In this document: positions 14,173-26,721 of the stretch, piece after piece
Layout: every line of letters begins with the position of its first letter
Position numbering within the stretch: the stretch's first letter is position 1
Source: Eledone cirrhosa
Taxonomy: Eukaryota
Length of the DNA: 64,000 nucleotides
Direction of reading: 5' to 3'
Assembly: GCA_964016885.1 (NCBI GenBank)
Contig: OZ024743.1
Span: forward strand, 288,176,001-288,240,000
Position numbers and translations under genes: made by a program
Notes under the pieces: generated by a model
Seen by the model: only the letters and a program-made list of their open reading frames with translations
Told to the model about the DNA's origin: nothing
Databases searched by the model: none

Positions 14173-14269
14173 TGCATGCTACTGTACGTCTGTATACATA
14201 TATGTATGTACGTATACATACATACTTACATATATATATATATATATATATATATGTAGAGTGTGAGGC

Positions 14270-14538
14270 AAAAAGAGACAGAGAAGCAAAATCAGAGATT
14301 TGTAGATAAAGGGAGATAGAGAGAACAGGATGGGTGGGTATGAAAAAGTGACGTATGAGAGAAGAGAGCTTATAAGGGAAAGTGGGAGAAGAGGAGAGGG
14401 TGTGTGTGTGTGAGAGAGAGAGAGAAAGAGAGAGTGTGTGTGTGTGTGAGAGAGGGGGAGACAGGAGCTTGAAAGAAAGAGAGGGGGAGTTATAGATTTA
14501 CATATAAAGTGAGATGAAGTTGAGAAAACCAGAGAGAG

Positions 14539-14609
<71 letters not shown>

Positions 14610-15565
14610 GAGAAAGAGAGAGAGAGAGAGAAAGAGAGAGAGCTGTTAGAGATATGCAGAAAATGAGAGAGCGAGAAAGAGAGAGAAAGAGAAAGAAAGA
14701 GAGAGCTGTTAGAGATATGCAGAAAATGAGAGAGAGAGAGAAAGAGAGAGAGAAAGAGAGAGAAAAGAATGAGAAAGGAAGAGGGATGGCCGAAAAGGAT
14801 AGATTGAGACTAAAAGTGAGCAATATGAAAAGTAAAAATAGTGAAATTCGAATGAAAGAAAGAGGAGACAAAAGCGAAAGGAACATTTAGAGAGTAAGAG
14901 AAGAGAGAGAGAGGAAGAGAGAGAGAGAGAGAGAGAGGAAGAGAGAGGCACAGTGGAAATATATTGACGAGGAAGAGGGAAAGTGAAAATGATGGAGGGA
15001 GAAAGAAGGTGGGAGAGAGACAGAGTGGTGAGAACAGAGAAGAAAAAAGAAAGAAAAATATATGAGAGAAGAGAAAGAGAGGGATTGGAGTGAACGAGTA
15101 TGGAGAAAACAAAAGAATGATACCTGAGAGAGAGGAGGGAATGAGGGAGAGAGAGAAGGGGGGTGAGAGAGAGGTGGGTGGGGATGTAGAATAAAGAATG
15201 AAAATGAGATCAGAGGGAGAGAAAGAGAGAAAGAAAGAGATGGGGAAAGCAGAGGGAGAGAGAGTGAGTGGAGATAATCAAAAAAAGAAAAAAAGATAAG
15301 AGAGAGTGAGGGAGAGGGTTAGGAATGGTGATAACAAAGGAAAGAAAAGAAGTGGTAAGAGCCAATCAATGATAAGAGTGTTGAAGTGAAGGATTAGAGG
15401 GGGAAGGGGAGGACGAGAGATGGGGTAAAACATTAGAGAAGAGGGAGAAAGAAGAGGGAGAGAGGGTTGTATTGAAGTGGAAGGAGGGGATGAAACAAAG
15501 AAAATAGCAAGGAAAGGTAGGAGGAGACGGTGTAGTGGAATAACAAGAGAAGTGTTGAGAGGTGG

Positions 15566-15613
<48 letters not shown>

Positions 15614-16054
15614 GAGGGAAAGAGGGAGAGAGGGAGAGAGATAGATAGAGATAGAAAGAGGTGGCTGAGGTAGAGAGAGGGAGAGAGAGTGAGAGAGAGA
15701 GGAAGAGCGGTGGATGAGAGGGAGAGAGGGAGAGAGAGAGAGGGAGAGTGGTGACTGAGAGGGAGAGAGGGAGAGAGGGAGAGAGAGATAGAGAGATAGA
15801 GAGATAGAAAAAGGTGGCTGAGGTAGAGAGGAGAGAGAGTGAGAGAGAGAGATAGAGATAGAGAGAGAGGGGAGAGAGAAAAAAAGAAAGAGGTAGAGAG
15901 AGGGGGAGGGGAGAGGGAGAGATATATATAGAGGTGACTGAGAGAGAGAGGGAGAGAGAGGGAGAGAGAGAGGGAGTAGTTAGATAGAAATATAGATAGA
16001 GAAGGGGCAGTGGGGGGAGAGAGAGGTGGCTGAGAGAGGGAGGAAGAGAAAGAT

Positions 16055-16086
<32 letters not shown>

Positions 16087-16219
16087 TTCAGCAAAAGGAG
16101 GTGGGAGAGATAGATAGAGAGAGGTGGCTGAGACAGAGAGAGAGAGGGGGAGAGATAGATAGAGAGAGGTGGCTGTGAGAGAGAGAGTGAGGGGGGGTAG
16201 ATATATAGAGAGAGAGGGA

Positions 16220-16255
<36 letters not shown>

Positions 16256-17040
16256 CAGCAAAAGGAGGTGGGAGAGATAGAGAAAAGGAAATAGGAGGAG
16301 GAGGTTGAGGAGAAGATAGAGTAAATGGAAAAGATGGAATGAGGATGAGAATGAAATAGTTAGGAGATAGGAGGAGGACTACGAAAAGGCGGTGTTAAGA
16401 TGGAGTCAATGATGAGGAGGTTGCTAAGGGCAACAGAGAAGGAGGGGAAGGGGGATGTGTTTTAGAAGATAGTGAGTGAAAGAGAGGTATTAAAGGGGGA
16501 GAGTGTGAGGGATAGAGGAGAGGTGGAGTGTGAGGGATAGAGCAGATGTGGAGTGTGAGGGATACAGGAACGAGGAGTGTGAGAGGAAGTGAGAGGAAGA
16601 TAGAGCAGAGAGAATAGATAAAGAGTGAGTGAAAGTGACGGAGAAAGAAGGGGGGGGGGGTGAAAGGAGGAAAGAGGAGAGAGAAATAGAGAGAGGGGTA
16701 GTGGGAAATATGTGGGAGAGGGTAGAGAGTGAGAGAGAGGCAAAGGAAGAGGGAAAAGAAAAGGAGAGTAAAGAATGAGAGAAAAGGGGAAGGAAGAGGG
16801 AGAAATAGAGAGAAAAAGAGAGAAAATTAGAGAAATAAAGAAAGAGAGAGAGAGAGAGGGAGAAATAAAGAGAAAAAGAGAGAGAAATGAGAGAAATAAA
16901 GAGGGAGAGAGAGAGGGAAGGAATAGAGAGAAAAAGAGAGAGAAATGGGAGAAATAAAGAGAGAGAGAAAGAGAGGGGAAGAGAGAGAGAGGAGTGCTAT
17001 AGAGGGTTGGAATGAAGATAAGGGGGAGATGAGGTTGAGA
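14270..17040. repeat. About 2.8-kb GA-rich polypurine low-complexity tract
   Basis: (GA)n and GGAGA/GAAA mosaics with very few pyrimidines on the + strand. Confidence 0.9.
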
Positions 17041-17105
17041 CAGCTATAAAAGATGACAAGATGCTCATGAAATGAGAATGGATACAACTAAAATGAAGTA
17101 TTATT

Positions 17106-17507
17106 GGTGGGTTGGCAGTATCGGTAGAAGGTCGGACGCCATGCTTTGCAGCAAAGAGCTACGGCCCTTTATGGTCTGAGTTCAAATCCCGCCGAGGTTA
17201 ACTTTTCCTTTCATCCTTACGGGGTCGATAAAATAAAGTACCAGTAATACACTGGTTTAATTGCTGGCCTTGTGCCAAAAGTAGAAACAATTATTATTTT
17301 TATTAAAAAGGGCGGTGGATTGGCAGTATCAGTAGAGGGTTGGACGCCATGTCTTGACGCATAGAACTACGGCCCTTTAAGGTCTGAGTTCAAATCTCAC
17401 CGAGGTTAACTTTGCCTTTCATCCTTACGGGGTCGATAAAATAAAGTACCAGTAATATACTGGGATAATTGCTGGCCTTGTGCCAAAAGTAGAAACAATT
17501 ATTATTA
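17106..17507 (+). mobile_element. Two tandem SINE S1 copies (17106-17297; 17310-17507)
   Basis: Both match the S1 consensus end to end. Confidence 0.9.
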
Positions 17508-17910
17508 CTAGCTGAGGTACCCGGCGTTGCTCGGGTATTAAATATGTATACCATTTATGTTAATACTTCAGTGCTGCTTCGAAAACTATACTTTTACAAA
17601 ATCATCGGCTTTTTCCAAAAGGGGTTCCTGCTCCCAGGGATCCCCTACTCAATATGTGTCAATTCTGAGAGTTCACATTCAACTCTAGAACAAACGTAGC
17701 CCATGTGTCAAGTTTTGTGAAAATCGGTTGCGAACTCCAGAAGTTATGACGTTTTGTTGCATTGCACTGTAGTGCTTCAGTCGACCCCAAGGAAGAGCTT
17801 GAAGGGGGTTATCTGCCGGGAGGCCCTATAATCAACATCTGGAAAAATGAAAGTGCCCATGACCATCCGGAATACGAAAATACTCTAGAAATGCATAAGG
17901 TTTATACACA
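17506..17910 (+). mobile_element. Possible non-autonomous Helitron/Helentron-type element
   Basis: Starts tactagctgaggt-acccg gcgttgct cgggt (subterminal hairpin) and contains aagttttgtgaaaatcggtt. Both recall invertebrate non-autonomous Helitron-like repeats (from memory). Boundaries uncertain. Confidence 0.4.
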
Positions 17911-17937
17911 CACACGCGCGCCTGCGTGCGTGTGTTC

Positions 17938-17987
<50 letters not shown>

Positions 17988-17988
17988 G

Positions 17989-18023
<35 letters not shown>

Positions 18024-19072
18024 GTGTTTTTGTGTGTGTGTATGTATTTGTGTGTGCGTATGTATATGTATGTGTATATCCGTCGGCGCATACGTATGTA
18101 CTGGCCGAAATCTTCACTATTTACTTTTACTATTTTAATAACCTCTGTCATTTTCGTTTTTAATTTTATTTACATCATTCTTAAACTCCGGGGCTGGAAA
18201 TCATTCGGTTATTTTAAATAGAATATTAGTCTAACGACTCCATTTATACCATAAACTTGGTCTGATCTTTGCATGAAATTGTTCTTCTTAGTCCACATAA
18301 CGACGTATTATCCTCGCTTTTTTTCCGTTCATTACCAGGGAACGTCTTCACGAACCAAAATATCGTCTTCCTGTTTTCCTTCGGTTGTAACGTTTCTCGA
18401 AATATTTACTTCTGCGTGCACAGATAAAAAATGTTTAGTTTCTGAAGATCCCGTTAATGTTGAAAGCAGCGATTCTTTGCTTAAACTTTAATCTGTTCTT
18501 ATAAAATATATATATATATATATATTTAAAAGTTAAACAAGGTTCAATGAATAAATCAAAGAATGAGTTTTACAATAGATTGGAAGCACTCAACAGTTAT
18601 GGTTTTCCAGAGTTATTAATATTAATTCAAAATATTAACAATATATAAACCTAGACAGCCGAGGATAAATTTTAAAGATCACAATCGAAACTTTGAGGAA
18701 GACCTGCCAGTTAGACTGATTGCTCCATCGAAATCGGATATTGGAGTATCAGTAAGAATATTATTGATAGATTTCTACCTATTTTGAAATTGAGGTCTAA
18801 ATTGAGCTTGTGGAAGGATACAAATGAAATGATTGATTGGTATAAAAATATAGATGATAAGAAAAAGCATAAATTCATCCAGATGGACATAACAAGCTAT
18901 TACTCTTCCATTACACCTAACCTACTAAAATACGGCTTTAGCCTACGCTTACAAGCATACAGATCTAACTACGGATGAAATCGATATCATATTAACTGCT
19001 AGAAGAACTCTAATTAATTTCAACAATGAGTATTGGACCCGCTCAGATAGAAATAGAAACTTCGACATTACC

Positions 19073-20008
19073 ATGGGATCATCGGACTCAGCCCAAGTCA
19101 CGGATCTTCTGGGGATTTTCATTTTAAATATGATAAATAGAAAACTGCCGGAGATTACCGGTGGTTTATATAGGGACGATATTTTATTTACGGTTGTTAA
19201 ACACAACAATACTGAACTAAATAGGGTAAAGAAAAATTTAATTGAATTCTTTAAAAATTACGACCTTAAATTAGAGGTAGAAAGTGGTACCAAAATAGTT
19301 AATTTCTTTGATGTTACCCTTAACTTAAACTCTGGTTTTGATTACCCTTTCCATAAGCCCCAAAACTTAAATTACGTTAGTTATTACTCTAATCACCCTA
19401 AATCTGTGAAAAATGCCATTGTCAATAGTGTACAGAAACGCATAACTAGAATATCTGCCAATAAATCAATATTTGATGAAAAAGCCGGATATTACAATGA
19501 TGCGCTAAGAAAGGCAGGTTATAAAAATAATATAGAATATATAGACAATAATAATCCGAATCTTAATCCTGATAAAAATAATAATAATATGACTGGCATA
19601 TATAAACGAAATTCTAAAAATTATAATTCAAACATCTGTACTGTGAATAAATCGGGGAAAAGAACCAGAACGAAATCAGTTATATGGTTGCCCCCTGCTG
19701 CTGTAGCAGTAAGAACACCACTAGCTAATCTATTCTTTAAGGCTTTAGATAATTCCTTCCCTAGTCAACATAAATACCGTTCCATATTTAATAGACACAC
19801 AGTTAAGCTTTCGTATTGTACAACTATGAATATGGCCCAAAACATCGCTAAACTAAATAGTAGAATTCTAAACCAAAATCAGCATAATGCTGTTAATAAT
19901 AGTGTTAATATAAATAATAATAAATCGAAATGTAATTGTAGAAATAAACCAGATTGCCCTCTGCAAAATAATTGTCTGGATAGAAATTTGGTGTATAATG
20001 CACCGTAA
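19073..20008 (+). pseudogene. PLE-B reverse transcriptase C-terminal part and Cys linker (disrupted ORF; continues at 18784-18978 and 20082-20438)
   Basis: YRDD catalytic motif, NFFDVTLNL, SNHP and CxCx5C in the ORF track; adjacent pieces lie in other frames. Confidence 0.85.
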
Positions 20009-22239
20009 AAATAAATAACAACACATACAACTACATAGGGACAACTTCTTCGACATTTGAATCGAGATTTGCGAATCACAAATGTCGTTTTCGAATTTTA
20101 ATAGGAAGTCTTCGACTTCTTTATCACAATTTATATGGTCATTAAAAGACAAAAATTTAAAATACTCGATTTTTTGGACGAAACTTTGTAATAGTAAAAT
20201 CTACTCGAACTCGTCTATATCAACTAACTGCAACCTCTGCACAAAGGAGACCCTATTAATAATTACTAATTATGAAAACTTAACAAAAAAAGTGAATTAT
20301 TCTCAAACTACCTTCATAAAGCTTTGTCTACATTCCAAGCCTCGCAAAAAGTCAAGAAAAAAAACGCTAAACAAACAGGCTTTAATTTTTGACGTCTCTT
20401 ATCAACTGTTGGACCTAAAACGTTATAACAGTTTATAAAACTTTAATAATACTTTATTTTCTAATCATTTATGATAGAATTAATGTTAGAACGAAGGACC
20501 CTGTTTAGGTATATAAACATATTATTTGGTAACTTGTTTTCTGTTGATAAATGTGCACACCTTTGGATTATTTTAGATATTTATAATTTAGATTCGGATC
20601 TTTATTTATTTGTCTCTGTTTTATATATATAATTTGGATATGTAACTCACCGGTTATAATTGAACCGTAGATCATTCATGCATTTATATATTTTACTCAT
20701 TTTTGGTATGTTCTGGGACTCAGAAAGTTAGATTTGCACTTATATATTTTTATATATATATAGGTATAAATATTACAACCCATACTAGTCGACAAATATT
20801 GGTCATTCTCCACTGAACTGGAGGTAAAACTACAATTATAGCATTACTAATAATGATTGTAATTATTTATTTATTAAATGTATATCGTTTCATTAATACC
20901 TATAATACTCTCTCTATATAGTTGTACAAATATGTTTATCTAGTGTAATAACATGCTCGTAGTTACATTTATAAATAATTTAGATACTCAAATGACTCTC
21001 TATTGTTATAAGTGTTAGATATTCCCTGGATGTTCGAAATTATATAATGATTATTACTTAATTTAATATAATTTAATTTATTTTTAATTAAATTTAGATT
21101 ACCTTCGGCTTTTTCAAGTCTTTAGCTCCTCTTTCGCTGGACATTTTAGAAGTATCTTTTGTCTACTATATATTAAAACTCTCTTACATTTTAAACTATA
21201 TTTTTAACATTGGGTATTTTTATGTTTCGCAAACAATTAATTATTTTTCACATTTTATTTTTATTTTGTATCTAGCCCTTATCCTTAGGACTCATGTAGT
21301 TTTGACTTATATATTTATAGTATATATAAATGGTCCTTTTACAATAATTGATCTAAAGCATTAATTTTTAACAATATTTTCAGTAACTTATTTACTATAT
21401 TGTATTATTGTATTATGTTATGTATATTTGAAAGGTATCACCTTAAGTCTTTAGACAATATAATCTGTTTATATATTTTTTATTAACACATATATGTAAT
21501 TTAAAATTCAGACCTCTTTAAGTTTAATTATAAGGCCTGTTGATCCTTTAGGCACTCAAATTGTTAATCATAAATTCTTTAAAATTTATAACTGTAATTA
21601 TTTTCTAAATTATATTATATAAACTGTTGTCAATATTATAAATAATTTTGGTAAAGTTTACCTTCGTGAGGTTGTAAAAACATTATGTTTTCTTTCTTGT
21701 GCTTGTAAATCCTTTAAATTTGATTTCATAAAATTTGATTATAGAAATTAAACTTGATAGTATACTTTAATATTAATACAGATACCTATTAACTTTTAAA
21801 ACCTAAAATATTATTCATTACTCTGAACTAACTTAAATTAAATATTTTGAATATTAACGGTCAACCAAATAAGTTTAGATATATATTGTATATATGGATA
21901 ATTGTCTAAAAATTTGAACATAAATTATTCCCCTTTGTCTCTCTCTGTAATCAACTCTCTTTTGTCTTTCAAGGCAACTATATATTATCCCATCAGCTGT
22001 TTCTTCCTCTTTGCTTTCCTTTCTTTCCTCTTTCTTCAGTAATTTAAATTTTTTAACATTTATATTGATGCCATGTATTTTTAAGCTGTCTCACACGCAC
22101 CCTCTCTATTGTATGTATTATATATTTTCCTCATGTTCTCAATATTAAGGTACATAAATATTAAGTTTTGTCATATATTACTCACTACAATGACTGAATA
22201 TTAACCATCTACTATGTCAGGGTATGTCGTGGATCGTCT

Positions 22240-22306
22240 TATTTTATCTGATGAGGACGTACTGTTGAACTTAACTCAGTACCTCTGAAATATGTATAAT
22301 AAAATA
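22240..22306 (+). ncRNA. Type I hammerhead ribozyme at the 3' end of PLE-B
   Basis: tattttat-CTGATGA-gga c gtactg...cagtac ctct-GAAA-tatgta-TA-ataaaata; 8-bp stem I; predicted cleavage after 22298. Confidence 0.85.
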
Positions 22307-22346
22307 TACTTGATCACAAGAATATCTATTTTGTTAATATTTTGAA

Positions 22347-22392
<46 letters not shown>

Positions 22393-22432
22393 AATGTGGA
22401 GAGGAAGCACACGAGTTAGGATATATATATAA

Positions 22433-22796
22433 ATATATATGAAAACAGGGAGACAAAGACGATTATTTACAAACCTTGTTTGTAAATAACATTATTCTTT
22501 CTTCACCATTTCTTTAACATGTCCAACACCACCACTCTACACCAATACATATTAACATTTGATAATGCACAAAAATGTTGAAACCGGTAATAGACAATTA
22601 TTAAATATATAAATAAATAAATAAATGCCATTGTTAATTAATAGATAAATCAACTAATACCTTAACACTTCACACAAAGTAAAATATTTCGTTTTAATCA
22701 TTTTCTAACCCAGAAAAAAGAGAGAGAAAAATAAAAAGGAAAACAATATATTTTTCTTCCTAATAATCGTCTTTTTCTCCCTGTTTTCATATATAT
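22433..22796. repeat. About 35-bp inverted repeats bounding about 300 bp of AT-rich sequence between TA tracts
   Basis: atgaaaacagggagacaaagacgattatt versus aataatcgtctttttctccctgttttcat. Confidence 0.75.
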
Positions 22797-22807
22797 ATAT
22801 ATATATA

Positions 22808-22985
22808 AGAAAGTATGACCCCGCCGGCAGAGCTCAAGCCGTTTCGACGGCGGTTTCTGGACTGAAATAGCCGTCGAAACGGCTTGAGATCTGCCGTCGG
22901 GGTCATACTTTCTCCTATTACCCACTCTACTACCCTAAGTATTGAGTAGTTATGGTCCATCTGGTTCCTTACCACAACTCCTTCG

Positions 22986-22988
<3 letters not shown>
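22808..22988 (+). mobile_element. Family P palindrome (about 105 bp) plus unique tail, containing the 3' half of a hammerhead
   Basis: Arms mirror around loop tggact (22858-22863); right arm reads gccgtc-GAAA-cggc...gccg-TC-ggggtc. Confidence 0.8.
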
Positions 22989-23022
<34 letters not shown>

Positions 23023-23024
23023 TA

Positions 23025-23146
<122 letters not shown>

Positions 23147-23159
23147 ATATATATAGATA

Positions 23160-23269
<110 letters not shown>

Positions 23270-23644
23270 TGCTTTGTACGGCTTTTTGGGGAAGGAGTGA
23301 CCAGCAGTACGTTGTTCGGTATTATTACGATAAGGTGAAGCAGAGAATCAGGCGTGAACTAACAGCTCGGGAGGAAACTGCTTACCTCGAAGATTCATAC
23401 GCCATCGTTCTTGTCAACGCTCCGTTTACTTGGTATTTGTTGGTCTACAGTTAGATGAATGGCGCACAAAGGGTTAATGTTTATTGGAAAGAAGTTTTTT
23501 GAATAAAAAAAGACGGGTTAAAGCGACCTACAATGTATCTGTGTATATATATATATAAATATGTAGGAGGTGAGTAATATTGTAGAACAATAAAACTATG
23601 CATATATCAGATAAGTAGCACTCAACAGTTGGTAGAACTGGAGT

Positions 23645-23955
23645 ATATATAAAGAAGAAATTAAAAGATGGTTAAAAAATTTCCATATATCTTATTATGC
23701 TCATTTTGAAAACAACATCATCCTGGGACAACAAATGTGTTCTCATCAGATAAAATAAGGTAACATGATATGAGGCCTAAAAACATTTGTAGATGGACAC
23801 TTTCTTGTTCACAAGTGTTTTAGGCCTCATATCATGTTACCTTATTTTTTCTGATGAGAACACAATTTTTTCCCAGGATGACGTTGTTTTCGAAATGCGC
23901 ATAATAAAATATATGGAACTTTTTTAACCATCTTTTAATTTTTTCTTTATATATA
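23645..23955. mobile_element. Inverted-repeat cassette (about 145-bp arms, 20-bp spacer) with a hammerhead motif in each arm, family C
   Basis: Arms at about 23645-23790 and 23811-23955 are diverged reverse complements; TA flanks. Confidence 0.8.
23843..23911 (+). ncRNA. Type I hammerhead ribozyme (family C)
   Basis: tatttttt-CTGATGA-gaacac...gttgttttc-GAAA-tgcgca-TA-ataaaata; one stem I mismatch. The mirror copy at 23691-23757(-) has GAAA changed to AAAA. Confidence 0.7.
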
Positions 23956-24221
23956 TATATATATATCACGATAAATTAACGGAGGCATAGGCCGTCGTTA
24001 TTCCCTGTAAATAATGTGCTCAAAGGGGAAGAGATCCTGAGCCCTTTAAAATATAATATGTTGAGAAGGTAACACACCAGAGAGAGATATATAGTGCGTT
24101 ATCAATAATACAGGGAAAAAACCACCAGTGTATGGAATCTATAACCTATGAAAGGCAGACTATAGACACGATAATTAAAAATATAAATTAAAGCGTAAAT
24201 AAATACCTTTATAACTATATA

Positions 24222-24302
24222 ACACACGTACAAATCCAAAGATATGTTTCACCAGAAAATTTGTTCAAAGAAATGGTCTAGTCTCGGTTCATCAGCGTGT
24301 GT
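24222..24302 (-). ncRNA. Type I hammerhead ribozyme (family D, mirror copy)
   Basis: Reverse complement of 24572-24652. Confidence 0.8.
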
Positions 24303-24571
24303 AAGGCCATACATTTCAGACAACACTAAGAGAATTTTACAATTGACTGTCCAGCTACACGTGGGAGAGAGAAGTCACAGCGTGTTTAAGGGCAGTGAAC
24401 CAGTGGCCTCTGAGAGACGAACTGAGTGGCTTTGGGCTGCCCTTTCTAGCAGTTCGTCTCTCAGAGGCCACTGGTTCACTGCCCTTAAACACGCTGTGAC
24501 TTCTCTCTCCCACGTGTAGCTGGACAGTCAATTGTAAAATTCTCTTAGTGTTGTCTGAAATGTATGGCCTT

Positions 24572-24652
24572 ACACACGCTGATGAACCGAGACTAGACCA
24601 TTTCTTTCAACAAATTTTCTGGTGAAACATATCTTTGGATTTGTACGTGTGT
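24572..24652 (+). ncRNA. Type I hammerhead ribozyme (family D)
   Basis: acacacg-CTGATGA-acc...ggt-GAAA-ca...tg-TA-cgtgtgt; 7-bp stem I; GUA cleavage triplet ending at 24645. Confidence 0.8.
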
Positions 24653-24841
24653 TATATAGTTATAAAGGTATTGATTTACGCTTTAATTTATATTTTTAAT
24701 TATCGTGTCTATAGTCTGCCTTTCATAGGTTATAGATTCCATACACTGGTGGTTTTTTCCCTGTATTATTGATAACGCACTATATCTCTCTCTCTGGTGT
24801 GTTACCTTCTCAACATATTATATATATATATATATACAGAT

Positions 24842-24911
<70 letters not shown>

Positions 24912-25003
24912 TATATATGTGTGTGTATGTATGTATGCATATATATGTGTGTGTGTGTATGTATGCATATATATATGTGTGTGTGTGTGTGTGAGTGTGT
25001 ATG

Positions 25004-25037
<34 letters not shown>

Positions 25038-25070
25038 AATAGGATTTCGCTTCAAGCATAGCTTTATACA

Positions 25071-25434
<364 letters not shown>

Positions 25435-25582
25435 CATATATGTTTATGTGTATATTTATATAGGTGTATATGTGTTTGTATATGTATATATATATATACG
25501 TTATTCCGGGTTGAATCGGAGGTAACCACAGTAAGTAAGGTACTCAATACATACCAGAGCATAAAAGTTTTACTATAGTTGA

Positions 25583-25631
25583 GATTCTACAGGACTAGAA
25601 CTGTTTCATTCTTTAGAAATCATCAGGAATC
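25583..25631 (-). ncRNA. Type I hammerhead ribozyme (family F, mirror copy)
   Basis: Reverse complement of 26074-26122. Confidence 0.8.
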
Positions 25632-26073
25632 TGGGTATCAAAAAATAAATATGGTATTTATAGGTATCTTCAGGTGGTAGGAGAGGGTTGGGAGTGGGAA
25701 GGGTAGAGGTCATTGGTTGATAGAAAAGGGAATTCATTAAAAGCTAATTCTTTAAAGCTATAATTTATATTTAGAGTAACAAAGGCAGAAAGAATTCTAT
25801 AAACAAGTTCAGAATGGTGTGCCACTCCTTATTTTTAAGTTTCTCTTAAGCTAACAATGCCTAGATTTCAGGTGTCTATAAGAGGGTCGGTCATGGTTGA
25901 TAGATTTAAAGAAAAGGGAAATTCTTTGTTACTCTAAATATAAATTATAGCTTTAAAGAATTAGCTTTTAATGAATTCCCTTTTCTATCAACCAGAGACC
26001 TCTACCCATCCCACTCCCTACCCTCTCCTACCACCTGAAGAGACCTATAAAAACATTTATTTTTTGATACCCT

Positions 26074-26122
26074 GATTCCTGATGATTTCTAAAGAATGAA
26101 ACAGTTCTAGTCCTGTAGAATC
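26074..26122 (+). ncRNA. Type I hammerhead ribozyme (family F)
   Basis: gattc-CTGATGA-tttct aa agaat-GAAA-cag(ttctagtc)ctg-TA-gaatc; stems I and III pair; GUA triplet ending at 26117. Confidence 0.8.
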
Positions 26123-26605
26123 TCATCTATATGAAAACTATATATATATATATGTATGTGTATATATGTGTGTGTATATGTATATATGTGTATATATATA
26201 TTGTATATATAAGTATATATGAGTGTGTGTGTATATATATGTATATGTGTATATCTATATATGTGTATATGTGTTTGTATATGTATATATATGTGTATAT
26301 ATATATATATGTATAAATAAGTATATATGAATATATATGAGTGTGTGTGTGTGAATGTAGCGAAGATAATACGTCAGCAATGACGTGTTCGTCAGAATGT
26401 CGTTATGCAGACAGTCAGACATTCAGACAGATATTAGAAGGGCTCGACGGAGATCGATAATCGGCGCCTAACACCTCTTTAACAACAGATAATTGAAAAA
26501 TAAAAGCTGCAGTTCGTATCTTTAGACCGCAACGAATATATAAATGCAAGTTTGAAGTCAATCGGATTAGAAATGTGGATTTGTATAGACTTTGCCAAAA
26601 TGAGG

Positions 26606-26698
<93 letters not shown>

Positions 26699-26721
26699 AC
26701 AACAGTTTTATATATAGATAA

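Larger units (their letters stand above)
18525..22350 (+). mobile_element. Penelope-like element family B (probable Hydra clade), 5'-truncated and frameshifted, with a long AT-rich 3' region
   Basis: KDH..VRLIAPSKSDIG (18670s), IQMDITSYYSSI, DITMGSSDSAQVTDLLG, GGLYRDD, CNCRNKPDCPLQNNC, LVYNA..YIGTTSSTFESRFANH, CNLC. Flanked by (TA)n on both sides; hammerhead near the 3' end. Confidence 0.85.
24051..24823. mobile_element. Near-perfect 773-bp palindrome (374-bp arms, 25-nt spacer) with a hammerhead in each arm, family D
   Basis: 24051-24424 is the reverse complement of 24450-24823 with only a few mismatches; ends in (TA)n. Confidence 0.9.
25575..26130. mobile_element. Inverted-repeat cassette (about 210-bp arms, about 140-bp spacer) with a hammerhead at each outer end, family F
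   Basis: 25575-25784 is the reverse complement of 25924-26130 with few mismatches. Confidence 0.85.
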
